Of a stretch of 64,000 nt of DNA, positions 24,083 to 38,500 are shown piece after piece. This DNA is from Paraspadella gotoi (lineage: Eukaryota > Animalia > Chaetognatha), in contig CM119266.1 of assembly GCA_051294375.1 (NCBI GenBank), positions 23,522,776-23,586,775 of the forward strand, read 5' to 3'. How positions within the stretch are numbered: the first letter of the stretch is position 1; every line of letters begins with the position of its first letter. Both the position numbers and the translations under genes were made by a program. Below the pieces are notes generated by a model. The model was not told the origin of the DNA. It searched no databases and worked only from the letters and a program-made list of their open reading frames with translations.

Positions 24083-25318
24083 AGATCGGACGTCGCGACG
24101 TAAGACGTCGATGAGATGTAAATCATCTGGGAGGAGAGATTATGAAGGAGAGAAGAACTTGAGTGTTTTTGATATGAGGATTTGAGCGACGCGCGCTACG
24201 CACATGGGGAACAATATTTGTATTTAAATCTAATTTGTTGGGAAAATTATGAAGTTACGAGGAAGACGACGATTATGACGACGAAGACGACGAGCGGCCT
24301 TCATAAGATTACAAGAGACACTGTTGGTACTATCGTTTTTTGTTTGCTTTGTTTGTTGTTTGTTTGTTTTTTATATATTAGTAGAACTTTCTAAAATTCA
24401 TTAACTACATTGAGTTTTTTAAATTCCAAGAAACCTATAAGGAAGAAAAATTGAAAGATAAATTTACAATGGATTCTGAGGACTTTCCTCGGGGAGAACA
24501 AAGGGGAAAAAACGATTAAAACAAGTCAAAAATAACTTAAATTCGGATTACGAAAAACTCAAGCGATTTAAGACTACGAACAATTGGAGAATGCTCAAGC
24601 GATTTGGGCCGAAGATCTGGACAGTACGGAGGTAGTAGAAGAAAAGAAGTAAGTAGATGCTGAAAACGAAAGTGAGTTGAATTGAAAAAAACGGAAAAGG
24701 TGACGTGAACTACAGGTAGCTCAATGAACGAAAAGAGGAATCTAAGGCCCGAGTCGAACACGAATCCACGTTCCTCCCTATGGGACTAAATTAAAGGCGC
24801 GCGAAGGGAAGAGGTAAATGTCCGGAGTTCATTAATTAAAAAGAAGGAAGGTATCGAAGGGCGAATCTGTTTCGGTGAACAATCGAAAGTTGTACGAAAT
24901 CCCGAAGTGAAAATGTTATCTTTTAATTCATTAGGTACTCGTTAATTTTGTATTAAATTAGTTCCCACATAAAGCATTGCCAGGTTCAGTAAAAGCAACG
25001 AATTGAGAAAAAAAACAAACTAATTGGTCCTAAAAAAAATTTGGTTATCCAATTTTAAAATTTAATCCAACGAGGAAAATAAAACTGTTTTTCTTTTAAC
25101 TCTTCGTAATTGTTACAGAATCCGAAACTCGTTGTTTGCGAATGTTAAATTACGCAAATCTAATTCTTCCACATCATGCTCCCGTTTTACCGCCGATCGC
25201 TTATCGTCCCATATTTACAAGATACGATGCAAAAAAAGAGATTTCAAGCAACTTTCTTTCGCAATTGAATCATACGCGTACATCTTCACTCTCTTTCTCT
25301 CTCTCTCTCTCTCACAGT

Positions 25319-25351
<33 letters not shown>

Positions 25352-25410
25352 GCTCGTCTCCTCTCTATCTCTCTCGTCTTCATCTCTCTCTCATCCTTAC
25401 TTCTCTCTCC

Positions 25411-25442
<32 letters not shown>

Positions 25443-25534
25443 GTCTCTCTTTCTCTCTCATTCTGTCTCCATTGTTCCTTCTTACATTTCAACCCTCCCC
25501 TCTCCTCAANNNNNNNNNNNNNNNNNNNNNNNNN

Positions 25535-25568
<34 letters not shown>

Positions 25569-26023
25569 GAAGAGAAATTTATGGACGAAAATTTTTTTTC
25601 TTTCCCTCGCTCTCAATTGAAAGAAGTAAAAAAAGGAAAGGAAAAATAATCGGGTCAGAAGTGGAAAAGCGGAGAAAAAAAGGAAAAAAAAAGAAAAAAA
25701 AAGGAAGAAAACGAAGAGAAATAGGGAAGGGTATAAATAATTCGATAGAAACGATTTTGGTAAAAGTGGATATATCGGCCTCGACCGGTGAGAAGGGGAA
25801 AGGCGAGAAAACCTTGTTTCCCTTAACGACGAAATTCGCCCTTCCCTCGGGGCGGAGGGGGGGGGAGTGTCATTTCTAAATTCGAGACGGTTTCATGCCT
25901 TCATATTTTTTAATTGAATCTCAATTTTTCCGCAATAACTGTACGAGTTTTTTTTTCTTCGAAATAATCGTTACAAGGGGAATCTGCGTTATTTTTCAAT
26001 TTAACACGTAAAACACATTTAAT

Positions 26024-26073
<50 letters not shown>

Positions 26074-26168
26074 CTTGCTTCGCCCGCCATGGCTTCATTC
26101 CGCATTCGTTTGATCAGCCTCCGTGCGGCGAAGATGATAATTCAATGTCATCCGCCCCTCGGGCCGCC

Positions 26169-26204
26169 GGGGCCGAGTCAGGGGCCGCGTCAGGGGCCGC
26201 GTCA
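26169..26204. repeat. 12-bp tandem repeat GGGGCCG(A/C)GTCA x3
   Basis: Read directly from the sequence. Confidence 0.9.
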
Positions 26205-28365
26205 GCCAAGTCAAGCTGCGGGGGGAGAAGTGGGAGATGGTGGAGGGAATCCGCGCTCGAAAGAGTAGAACAGCAAGGTACAGCAGACGCAGAATTTCGA
26301 ATTTAACAATGAAAATGTTTTTTTGACATGACGTGTAATAATAAAACGTAAGTTATTTGATCACGATTCTATTTCTTGCTTACATTAAACGCTGTTTGTC
26401 ATGCAAGAACATAGATGTTTGTAATTATCAATGTGACCAAAATATTGCATGCGATTGCTCAACGATTACTGTATTTCCAGAAGATCTGATTCATTCATTT
26501 TCTTTATGAGATCGTTTAGGAATTGTCGTTAAGTTCTGGGCCAGGATAGAGGATTTATCTGAGATCAGAACACTAAAGATTGATCGATCTGATAAGAGTT
26601 GGCAAAAACAATTATAGACAATACGAAGAAAATGTTTTTTTGGATCACTTAAAGCATTTTTTTTTTTCGAGTCCACCCGAACAGTTAAACTATCACTCAA
26701 CACTCCCACTCAATGGTAGTCGTATCTTTCAGCACCCCTTTTCTTCGAAACACCTCTAAGAAGAAGTTCAAAGGCCCGCACACAGAACAGCCGCTGTCGC
26801 AGGAGCGTAAGCAGCAGTCAGAGCTCCAACGATACTGCAGCGCAGCAGCGGCGGCGGCGTAAAAAAAAATGAAGAAAAAAAAAAGAATTCTCGATATGAG
26901 ATTCTGAAGACGAATGACACGGACGAGAAGAGGAAGAGGATGAGGAGAAAAAGAAGTAATAAAAGGAGGAAGAGAAAGAGGAAGAAGAGCGAGAAGGAAA
27001 CGAGGAAAACAGTGGAAAGCGTCGAACGGTTTTTTATAACCAATAGAATTGTTTTGAGGAAACACTCGTGACGTTTGAGAGAATGAGTTTGGACCAATCG
27101 GAAACGAGTTGGTTTTGACGTGACGTGAAGAGGATGATGTATGAGAGTGTAGCGGCTAAGAGAGAGAGAGAGAAAAAGAGAAAGAGAGAGAGACAGTGAG
27201 AGAGAGAGGTTGATATTTCATCATACATGAATCAAACATCAGTAGAAAGAGAAAGATGGAGAGAAGAAAGAAAGAAAGAAAGAAAGANNNNNNNNNNNNN
27301 NNNNNNNNNNNNNNNNNNNNNNNNNNNNNNNNNNNNNNNNNNNNNNNNNNNNNNNNNNNNNNNNNNNNNNNNNNNNNNNNNNNNNNNNNNNNNNNNNNNN
27401 NNNNNNNNNNNNNNNNNNNNNNNNNNNNNNNNNNNNNNNNNNNNNNNNNNNNNNNNNNNNNNNNNNNNNNNNNNNNNNNNNNNNNNNNNNNNNNNNNNNN
27501 NNNNNNNNNNNNNNNNNNNNNNNNNNNNNNNNNNNNNNNNNNNNNNNNNNNNNNNNNNNNNNNNNNNNNNNNNNNNNNNNNNNNNNNNNNNNNNNNNNNN
27601 NNNNNNNNNNNNNNNNNNNNNNNNNNNNNNNNNNNNNNNNNNNNNNNNNNNNNNNNNNNNNNNNNNNNNNNNNNNNNNNNNNNNNNNCGTCTAAATCGTC
27701 GTCGTCGTCGTCGTCCTCGTCGTCGTCGTCGTCCTTCCTCAATCTCATTCCCTCCTCAGGTTTTAATCGGAACATTACCCGTCCCTCGATCAGAGAAGGA
27801 ATGAGAATATAAAGAAGGAAAAAAAAAAGGGGGGGGGGAAAAACTCACTAAAATATCTCATAAAACCTTTCGTAACTATTTGAGAATTGAGCTCAAATAC
27901 GTACGCAACTATAATAAAAATTTTAGGTACATTTCTGTCAATAAGAACATAGAGATTGAAAAGCAAAATCCTGAAAGAACTTGTCAGAAGTTTTATACCC
28001 CTCTAGATTTAATCCAAACTATTAATAAGATATATCCTTCTATTGTGGAGTAAATATATGTGAAGTAGATAATCAATCGGTAGTATGTTAAAGAACTGTA
28101 ATTTCCTAACAGTGTCCTCACCCAAAACCCCAAGAACCTCACCCAAAAACCCGCGTCTCTCGATCATTTTGTTTTTCGTGTCGAAAACCACAAAGAATAA
28201 TTGAATGGCCTCTTTTCTTTCGTTTTTATCCAAACTATCATCTCTGCTTCGCTGTAGGTCTCCCCGCGACTCCATAACTCAGGGTGATAAAATTAACTCC
28301 CCAATCATAAAAGTCACAATCAATGTCAACCCTCCTCGACGAAGGCTGAAGGATGAGGCAACGTT

Positions 28366-28412
<47 letters not shown>

Positions 28413-28607
28413 AACTTTTTTATGCTTTTGTACCGTTTGCGCCGAAAAGAAAGAATAATAAATAAAAGAAAAAAAAAACTCGCGAAAAAAAAGAAAGAAG
28501 GAGCATCAAGCGAATTCTTCAAAATAATGAGGCGAGTAAAAGAAAGAGAGGAGGGACTGAAAAAAACGCGAGTATAGAAGATAGAAAGAAAAAAAAAGAA
28601 AGAAAAT

Positions 28608-28608
28608 G

Positions 28609-28648
<40 letters not shown>

Positions 28649-28698
28649 AAATAAATAAATAAATAAAATAAAATAAATAATAAATAATAAATAAATAA

Positions 28699-28729
<31 letters not shown>

Positions 28730-28732
28730 ATA

Positions 28733-28767
<35 letters not shown>
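28608..28767. repeat. (TAAA)n microsatellite
   Basis: Interrupted tetranucleotide run. Confidence 0.97.
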
Positions 28768-29689
28768 AGAAAGAAGAAGAAGAAGAAAGAAAGAAAGAAA
28801 GAATAGAAAGAATGGAAAGAAAAAATTAAAGAAAAGAAGAAAAGAAAAGCAGGAAATTATGAAAGAAGAAAGAAAGCAAGCATACAAATCAGTCAGCCAA
28901 CAAGCAATCAAGCAGGCAAGCAAACAGCGAAATTAGGATTAACAAAAAAAAAAAAAAGAAAGAAAGAAAAAAAAAGTAAGGAAGAAAGGATATTTCTTCT
29001 TTTCAATCTCCTCTGAGAAAATTGGTTATTTTCTGTTTGGAAAAGAAAAAGGTAACGAAAGGGGAACGAAGATTCTCTTCAACAAAGAAATACATATTTT
29101 TTAAAGTTGTCCCTTTCGTCGCTAAAAGTCGTTGAACCATAGTGAATATTTTTTTTTTTTTTGCATTGTCTGCGATTGCTTTTTTTTTCTTTTGCCGAAT
29201 TCTAATGAAATACTGTTGCTTTATTCTTTAATCAAAATTCGGAACTAATGGCATTAGTTAAATGTCGGAGATTGATTTCACCTGTCAAACGAATCGAAAC
29301 TCGGGGTCTCTCTCTCTCTCAAAAACTGTATAGAGAGAGAGACATCGGATGTGAATGTAGAGAGAGATACGCATACAGAAGAGAGAGGGAGAGAGAGAGA
29401 GCGAGATGAAGGAGAACGCTAGAGAGAGAGATGAGAGGAGAGAGAGAGAGAGAGAGAGGAGAGAGGGAAGAGAGAGACGAAGAGAAATTGTTTTGACAAA
29501 GAAATATTTTTGTTCCGCGAGACGGATTGCTTCAAAAAATCGCGACATTTTACAGCCCGACGTAGCCTATCGTGCTCGCATTGACGGATGAATAGGGGGA
29601 GTTGGAAATGTGCGGGAGCGGGGGAGGGAGAAGGTCTTGCGGGGGAAGGGGGAGTGGGCCAAAGAATGCATGAGTTTGGGTTAAGGCGG

Positions 29690-32030
29690 GAGGGTAGGGT
29701 TAAGGGGTTTGTGGGCGTTTGGAAAATGGTAATGGGGCAAAGGATTAGAAAATATTGGATTAAATGTTAATTTTAAAAATCCGTTCAAAGATATAGCACG
29801 ATTTCGAAGAATTTTGTCAAATTCATTGTTAAAAAAATATTAATTTTAGTGATCAAAATAACGTCCTAAGTCAATTACCAAAAGGATAAAGAAAAGATGT
29901 TAGAGGGGAAAGGAAATGATGGCAGTGCACTTAAAAATTATTTTTGAAATTTAAAAGGGAAAACAAGAAAAAGCACATAGCTACATGCGAATGCACGAAG
30001 CCGAGAAGGCAAACGAGTTAAAGGGGAAGGAAAGTGAGAAAGAGAGGCTAAAATGACAAATAAAGATTTTCGCCTTTCTCCTCTAAACCAAAAATCTAAG
30101 TTGAAAGGAAGAAAAACAGAAGGAAAAATCGGCGGGGGATGCGACCGACCGCTCTCGAAGACCCGGGGGGTTGTAAACATCCGAAGGCAAGGACAAGGGA
30201 AAAAGGGGAATGTATACCTGTCGCGCCCGGTGCGCTAGGTGAGGAGGTAACGAGAATAAAGTGAGAAAGAAGAAAAATAAGCGTAGGTGGGTTGGGGATT
30301 ATAATCAAAGAGAGAGAGAAAGAGAGAGAGAAGAGAGAGAGACGAGGAAGAGAGTAGAGAGAAGAGGATCAGAGAGAAAGAGAAAGAGAGAGAGAGAGAG
30401 AGAAAGAGAGAAACACACGATGCGCTCGTGTACTGAAACACCACATTTGAGTAACGACAGAGAGACAAAAAAAAAAAAATCTGGAAGCAGGAGCCGGGAA
30501 AAGGAAAAAATTGATTGTTTCAAGATGGAGAAGCAGCTTCTCGCTGTGGGATACGAAATCGAGGGAAAAGGGGCCAAAGATTAGAAGTTGGGGAGAGACC
30601 AAAACAAAGACAAAGAAGTAAAACAGAAAACCGCTGAGCGGCTGCGCTGTGCGTGGGAGAGAGAGATTATGGAAGAGGAGCACAGATACGGAAGAAGAGA
30701 GACGAAGAGAAAGAGAGGAAGAAAAGAGAGATGAGAGGAAAGGAGATGAGGAGAGAGAGAGAGAAGAGAGAGGAGGGAGAGAGAGCGAAAAAACGTTAAA
30801 AAAGGATTGCATTGTGATAATATAACTTTAAAAGATAAAACTTTTTTTTTCCTTCTTATCATCCGCCCTTCCAGGTGTTCCCTTTAACCACGGAACCTTT
30901 TTGTAAGAACATAGACCTGTCGAAATGTCCACACATTTATTTCAAAGATGGCCTCATTTTTTTTAATTTTAGTTTTTTTTTTTTTTCGTTTTCTTTCGCT
31001 TTCGCTTTGAATAGACTTTTCACTCTGCGTGCTCCCTCAGATACTTTTTAAAAATAAAAAAAGTTTAAAATAACATAAAAAAAAAACCAAGAATTTTTTA
31101 TTTTTACCATTTTGTCCCGGGTTCCCCCGGCTGGGTATTAAATCAGCCTTACGCCTTTTTCCGTAGGCCAGTTCGCTTTTTTCCGGCTTTAAACCTATAA
31201 AATTTAACTCTCTCAAACTTTCCACTGTGTTGTTATCTTTACTGGTTCTTTCCATGTTACGTCGCGTAGGGCACCGTCTCTATCCGTTTTGTCTCTCTAC
31301 TCTCTTTTTCCTCTTTTTTGTTTATTTTTTCTTAATTTTTTATTTGTTTTAAATATTTCTCCTGCATTTCTTTCATTTCCACCGCTTTTTCTCTACACTC
31401 ACGCCCTTCGAAACTAGTAAGCCCGCGGTCGACCGCACTCACACATACCGCACCCAGTCAACCACCCCCCCCACCTGGCCCCCTACCCACCCTTCCTAGT
31501 GACCCCCCTGGAATGTCCATCACAACCCGATCGCGTGGCCCTCATCTACCTACACATCCGCTTTTTTCGAGTGTGGTGGGGAATGGGGACAGCGTGGAGT
31601 GGGCGTGTTGGGGTGAATGTATATACCTCATTAGTAGCTAATAGATTGATTAAAAGATTTACGGCGAAATGGCCGTCAAGTAGACGATTGAACATAAGGA
31701 GAAATTAATTGATTAATGCATACTTTAAATTATCGGGTAGATTTAAATGATTAGGTAATATGGTCCCAGAAATAATTATATTTAATCTTATAATATAATA
31801 GTCCATAAGATCCTTGTACTGATACTGCATTAACTGGATAACTACTTCATGGCTGTGATAGCAAATATATTAATAAAAGTATGTATATGTTATGGTACAA
31901 AAATATTAATTTCAGTCTCAAACAGGGAAACGGAGAATGTCGGTCAAGTGTAGGTACTACGACGAGGAAATGCTCTCGCCGGTCTCCGCTCCTCTCCTCT
32001 CCTACTCTCTCTCTCCTCTCTTTCTCTCTC
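29690..32030 (+). repeat. Dispersed noisy copy of 50307-52400
   Basis: Shared GTAGG(G)TTAAGGGGTT, CACATAGCTACATGCGAA, CTCTCGAAGAC and CAGTCTCAAACAGGGAA...TGTCGGTCAAGTGTAGGTAC. Confidence 0.88.
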
Positions 32031-32882
32031 ACGTCTCGTTTCTGTTCTCCTCTCCTCTCTCTCTCTCCTCTCTCTCTCTCGTCGTGTCGCTCTCCTCCCT
32101 CTGTCTCCTGGAGTGCAGGCCCGACCGACTCTTCGCCTCTCGCTGCCTTGGATTGGAGGGACGGCACTCTGTGTGTAGGCTGCGGTGACTGAGAAACAAA
32201 AAAGGCGTACCAATTGGCGGATTGGATTAATAAGAGCNNNNNNNNNNNNNNNNNNNNNNNNNTTTTTTTTCTTAACATTGTTGAACTTATTCTTATAATA
32301 AATTTAACGTCGTTAGTCAGAGCGATAAATCTCCATTTGCTCTGGGAATTCCGAAGGCAAAGTGGAAGCGCCGGCCCGTTTGAGGTTTCGGAAAAGCTAA
32401 GCATTTTAGATTTTTTTTCTGCTCGACGGCCATTATTTCTGGGATATAATTAATGAGCCAACCAGTGAGTATTGATTCGAAGGGGATTGCGAGGGAATTA
32501 TTATGTGTCTTTTTTCAAAGCCTACTGCCTATGAAAGATTAACGCAGTCTTCACATTTGACAATTGCTTTAAATAACAATTATCTTAGCTCAAAAAAAAA
32601 ACGTTTTATTATCATAAAGCATTTAAAAATGTATCAGAACAAACATCAAAAGTTCGCGGATGATCGGTGGACCGTTACTTTTTCATTCGCTTAATAATCA
32701 ATTAAAAAAACCAATCCTATTTAACCTACGATTCCTCCTTGCGTCTATCTGTCCATGCATGCATCGACCCGTCCATCCGAAAATCCAGATGTTTAGAATT
32801 GCAGGAAAACAATTTTTCTCTCCTTCTGAACATATTTAATCAAAAAAACGACACCGAAGCGAATTTCATGGAGGCGTAACAA

Positions 32883-33001
<119 letters not shown>

Positions 33002-33552
33002 GTTTAGTTATCGGATCCGGATCGGCGCCTCCAGATGGAAACTAATTCCAAGTTCTCTTTTTAATTTGTTTCTTCTTTTGTTTTGTTCCGCGGGTTTGTC
33101 ACCCCTCGGGCGGTGAACGACAAGACGACGACCAACAACGACAACAACAACAATACGAAGTCACACGTCGACCCGAAGTCAGAGTTTAATTTAAGAATAT
33201 TGCTCTTAGAATTTAACCACTAAGTAAAAAAATATTACACTGAAAGAAGAGTAAGCTCGGACAAAATCGTCCGCAGAAATCTCCCAGAAAAAACTTCGGA
33301 AACCATATGACGCTTCAGCCGCCTCCTAAGCTCACGTATGCATCAAGGACGAAATCTGAAAGCTTTTTTGATAAAAAAGAGAAAAACATATTTGTGGCAT
33401 TTTGATGGACGAATTTGGGAGCAGCGCGAGAATACCAAATAAGGAAGGAAGGGGAAGGACAAAAGAGAGATGGCCTCATCTTTGAGAAAAAAAAAAGGCC
33501 GCCCTCGACGAATGGCGACCGAGTAAATTTTTAAAAAACAGAAAAAAGGATG

Positions 33553-35547
33553 AGAAAAAAAAACGTGAAAAATAAAAAGTGGAACGTAAAATATTCGAAG
33601 GAGATGCGGATTCCACATAAAATTAAAGCGGAAGTTTGCTCGTTCCCGGCGATAATTCAAACGAAGGTGTGTGTGAGTGTGTGTGGTGCGCCATTTATTT
33701 GCGGTGGGCGTGTGAATAGATTTTTCTTGTGGAGCGTCCCGAGGAGTCCAGTGATTTCGCAATGCAACAAATCTACGCCTCTCCGGGTGGTCCGAGTATG
33801 AACGGTCATCCAGGAATCATCGGCGTGACTTGAATGACACAACACATTACCTTCTCGTAATAGCTGATTAACATATTTCTTTTTTTTTTTTGTTATCCTA
33901 CAAATTAAGCCTCAGTAGTACATAGTGACTCTCTAAATTCAGGTGACGTTATGATAATATTTTCTACTTAAAGGTTTGCGCGCCTATTGTATTGATCTGC
34001 TCACTACTTCCGCTTTTGATTATCTACGAATTATTGTCATGCATTAGGAGTACATGGATGACATTCTAATAATTTTTTTTTTTTTGAAAAAAGTAAAAAA
34101 AAATGTAAAAACAGTTATTTGTTTCATAAGACAACTTTCTCGGACTCATTATCCAAGGCATATCATAACTTTCATATGTATTTCTATACATATGGTTTTG
34201 CTAATTTTTATGAACTAACTTTTAAAATTCAGAATAAGCTTTGGTTCGCAAATGGGCAGCGTTTTTCTACGGCGATTTTAAAATTCTGTCTCTTCTCTCT
34301 TTCTGCGTCTCTCCATCGTCGTCTCTCTCTCGTGTCTCTCGTCTCTCCTCTCTCTCGTCTTCTGCTCTCGTGTCGTCTCTCTCTCTCTCTCTGCGCTTAC
34401 ACACGCTCGTCACAACACTTCAGCCTGTCCTCCCCTCATGCACACCCGTGCGGCAGGGGGAAAGCAAAGGAATACCGGTGAAAAAAGAACGAATTTCTCC
34501 GGAAGTCACAACGCGACGTCGAGACGAAAAGGGAAGAATGCGAGAACACAACGCCCTTGTCTCGAAGTGAATGAGAGAGAGAGAGAGGACGAGAAAAAAA
34601 AGAGAGAGAGAGAGAGAGTAGAGAGAGAGAGAGAGAGAGAAGAGAGAGGAGACGAGAGAGAGAGAAAAAAAAAAAGTAGAGGAGAGAGAGAGAGAGAGAT
34701 TAGGAGAGGGAGAGAGAGAGAGAGAGAGAAGAGAAAAAAAAAGAGGAGAGGAGAAGAGAGAGAGAGAGGAGAGAGAGAGAGCCAGAGAGAGAGAGAGATT
34801 AAGGGGTTGCAGAGAGACAGAGAAAGATAGAACGAAGTGAGAAAGAGAGGATAGAAAAAAACGAGCGAAAGAAAGAAAGAGTTAAAGAGACAAAGAAAAT
34901 TATAAACTTTTTAGCTGAAGCAACCATGCAAAGTATTTTAATGTATGCTTTATATTAAAGCGTGCGTTGCACTAAATGCGCATCGACATTCCGCTCCGCC
35001 TTCTTCTGCTTCCCACACTAAACGTCATGTACATTTCATTTGCCTTTTCCCTTTGAATGGACTTCCGCTGCTCCTATCCCTTCCGTCTCTCCCTGCTCTC
35101 TCTCTGGTCCCTTGCGTCGCAGATGAATGGCTTTCGGCATTTACGCTTTATTGCCTCCGTTCGTGCATGTCTTCTCTCGGGGTCAGCGTCTCTCTCTTCT
35201 GCTGCTCTCTGCTGCTCGTCAATCTCTCTCTCTCGTCTCTCTCTCTCTCTTCCTCCTTCTCTCGTCGTCTGCTCTCAACGCAGAACGCGCCGAGTCGATC
35301 CAGACTTCAAAAGAAAAAGTCGCCTTGCCGCCCGCGCGGAACCCCTCCAGCGCTCGCTTTCGCAAAGTCGCGTCTGGCGTCCTTCTCTCTCTCTCTCATT
35401 CGCATCATGTCCTCCGCTCTATTGTACTCCGTCCCCTCTCTCCTCTGTCTCGGAACCCGTAGCTTTCCACGTGACGTGCGTGCACAGTCATCGCAGGGAG
35501 CGCGGCGTGGACTGTTTGACGGCCGGATGAGACGTTCGTCAATGGTC

Positions 35548-35589
<42 letters not shown>

Positions 35590-38500
35590 GGAGAGAGGAG
35601 AGAGAGAGAGTAGAGAGAGGAGACGGAGAGCAGAAAAACGTGGAGGCGTTTTTAACCGATCCTATTCGGTCATCGGTTACGATCACCGTCCTGTTCCATG
35701 GGGACCGGGGGTTTTCCTCACGAGCGCGGTCCATAACGTCGCATAAGTGGGCGGTGGTCCGCTGGGTCTCCGATCGAAAAGGAGAGTTGTGCACGGAAGA
35801 AAAGTATTGCAAAGCTGGTCGAACGAAGCAGGGAATCTCTAAATGGTGAAGTATTGTTGTGGATGCAAGTTTATCTGATTGTTGGAAATAAAATATGTTT
35901 CCCTATAATCTCACCGCATTTTGGACGTGACAATAGTTTTGTTGTTGTTCTAATGATGGTGAATGATGGGAAATTACGTATAATAAGAGCTTAAAAATGT
36001 TAGGTTTCGTGAATTACAACACTGGTAAGAGGTAAGGAGACGGCGCTTATTCCACGATCAAGTCCCCCTAACTAGAGACTTGCAACGGAGATGGCCTGTC
36101 TGAAGCGGCAACGTCGGGTTGGGCCCAGCCTGACAGCGTACGTCTGCGTAAGGATCACGTGATTGGTCGGCAGATCGGGTGGGCCAATGCACGTGACATC
36201 GTCACATGACCAGTCACGATGGAGCAGAATCGGACGTGCGCGAACGGGTAGGTACGTCGATGAGAAGTGTTGAAGATGTGGATGTCTGGGGAGGAGAGAT
36301 TGATGATTGAGGAGAGGGGAGGGTTGAAATGTAAGAAGGACAATTGGAGAAGCAATGAGAAGGAAAGAGAGAGAGAGAGAGAGAAGAGAGAGGAGTAGAG
36401 AGAGCGAGAGAGAGAGAGAGAGAAGAGGAGAAGAGAGGAGAGAGAGAGAGAGAGAGAGAGTACGAAGAGAATATTTATGGGACGAAAATTTTTCGTTTCC
36501 GCCTCGCTGGTGGCGCGCTGCTCAAGTTGAAGAAGTAAAGAGGAAAGGAAAATAAGATCGGGTCAGAAGTAGAAAAGTCGGAGAAGAAAAAGGGAAAAAG
36601 AAGAAAAAAGGAAGAAAACGAGAAGAAATAGGGAAGGGTAAAATGAATTCGATAGAAGACGGTATTTTTGTAAAAGGTGGATATATCGGCCTCGAACGGC
36701 GGTGAGGGGAAAGGCGAGAAAAGCCTTGGTTTCCCTTAAACGGGTACCTGAAAATGTCGCCCTTACCCTCGGGAGGCGGAGGGGGGGTAGTTGGTCGATT
36801 CTAAAGTTCGCAGACGGTTGTCATGCCTTCGATATTTTTTGAATTGAATCTTCAATGTGTTGTTTTCCGGCCAATATAACTGTAGCAGGAGTTTTTGTTT
36901 TGTTTCTTCGAAATAATCGTGTACAGAGGGGAATGCCTGCGTTATGTTTTTCCAAGTTTAACGACGTAAAACGACATTTAAGTGCTCTCTCTCTTCCGTC
37001 TTCTCAGAGCGAAGAGCGGGAGAGGTGGATATGGCGCGGGAGTAGAGTAGGATCTGAGAAGGCGAAGATGGACCCGTTGGAAGTGCTCGGTGCATCGTCT
37101 CTCTCCTCTCTGTGTCTGCGATCTATGTCGGATACGGAGTTCAGTTTTCTCTCTCTGTTCTTTCTTCTCTCTCTCTCTCGTCGTGCGTTCAGTCTCTACT
37201 CTCGTCTCATCTCTCTTTCTCTCTCTCTCCGTCTGTCCTTGCTTCGTGCCCGGCATGGCATGTAGGCTCTTTCATAGTCGCGAGCAATGTTAGCGGAGGG
37301 TCGTGCTGATGCCATCAGGCCTCCGTGCGGGCGAAGATGATAATTGCAAAAGTGTCAAATGCGCCCCGTCTCAGGTTAGTGATGGGGGCGCCGCGCAGGG
37401 GCGGCAGTTCAAGGGGGCGGCGGCTGGGGGCGCGCGTCAGGGGCCGCGTGCAGGCCAAGTGTCAAGCTGCCGGGGGGGGAGAAGTGGGAGAATGGTGGAG
37501 GGAATCCGCGCTCGAAGAGAGTAGAACAGCAAGGTACAGAGGGACGCAGAATTTTCGAATTTTAACGATGAAAAATGTTTTTTTTGACATGACGTGTATA
37601 CATAAAAGCGTAAGTGGTATTTGATCACGATTGCTTATTTCTTGGCTTACATTAAACGCTGTTGTGTCCGATGCTAAGAACATTATGATGTTTGTAATTA
37701 TCAATGTGGACCGAAAATATTGCATGCGAGTGCTCAGCGATTACTGTATTGTCGCAGAAGATCTGATTCATTGCATGTGTTATTATGCACGATCGCTTTT
37801 AGGGAATTGTCGTTTAAGGGTTGCCTGGCGGCAGGAAGTAGAGGATTTATCTGAGATCAGAACACTTGAAATGAATTGAATCGATCTGATAAGAGTTGGC
37901 AAAAACAATCTTAGAAAGTACTGAAAGAAAGATGTGGTTTTGTTTGGATCACTGTAAGGGCATTTTTTTTTGTTCGAGGTCGCACACCGAAGTCAGTTAA
38001 AAAGGCTATCACTCAAGCGAGCTCCGGCACTCCAATGGGGTAGTGCGTATCATTTTCAGCACCCTTTTCTGTTCTTCGAAGACAACCTCTAAGAGAGGAA
38101 GTTCCCAAGGCCCGGCACGACAGAACAGCCGGCTTGTGCGCAGAGAGCGTAAGCAGGCAGTCAGAGCTGCAAACAGATACTGCAGCGCAGCACAGCGGCG
38201 CGCGGCCGTAAAAAAAAAATATTGAAGAACAAGAAAAAGAATTGCTCGGATATGAGATTCTGAGACGAATGAGAGAGGAGTAGAAGACGGAAGAGGATGA
38301 GGAGAAAAAAAGTAATAAAGTGAGAAGAGAAAGAGGAAGAAGAGGCGAGAAGGAAAAGAGGAAAACTAGTGGAAAGCGTCGAAGACGGTTTCTTGTATAA
38401 CCAAGTAGGAATTGTTTGGAGCGAAACCAGCTTCCGTGAGCGTTTGAAGAGATGGGAGTTTGATTGGACCGAATGCGGTAAACGGGAGTTGGTTGTTTGA

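Noticed and set aside
30208-30220. GAATGTATACCTG resembling part of miR-iab-4
   Set aside because: Partial and gapped, absent from the other copies of this block, no hairpin.
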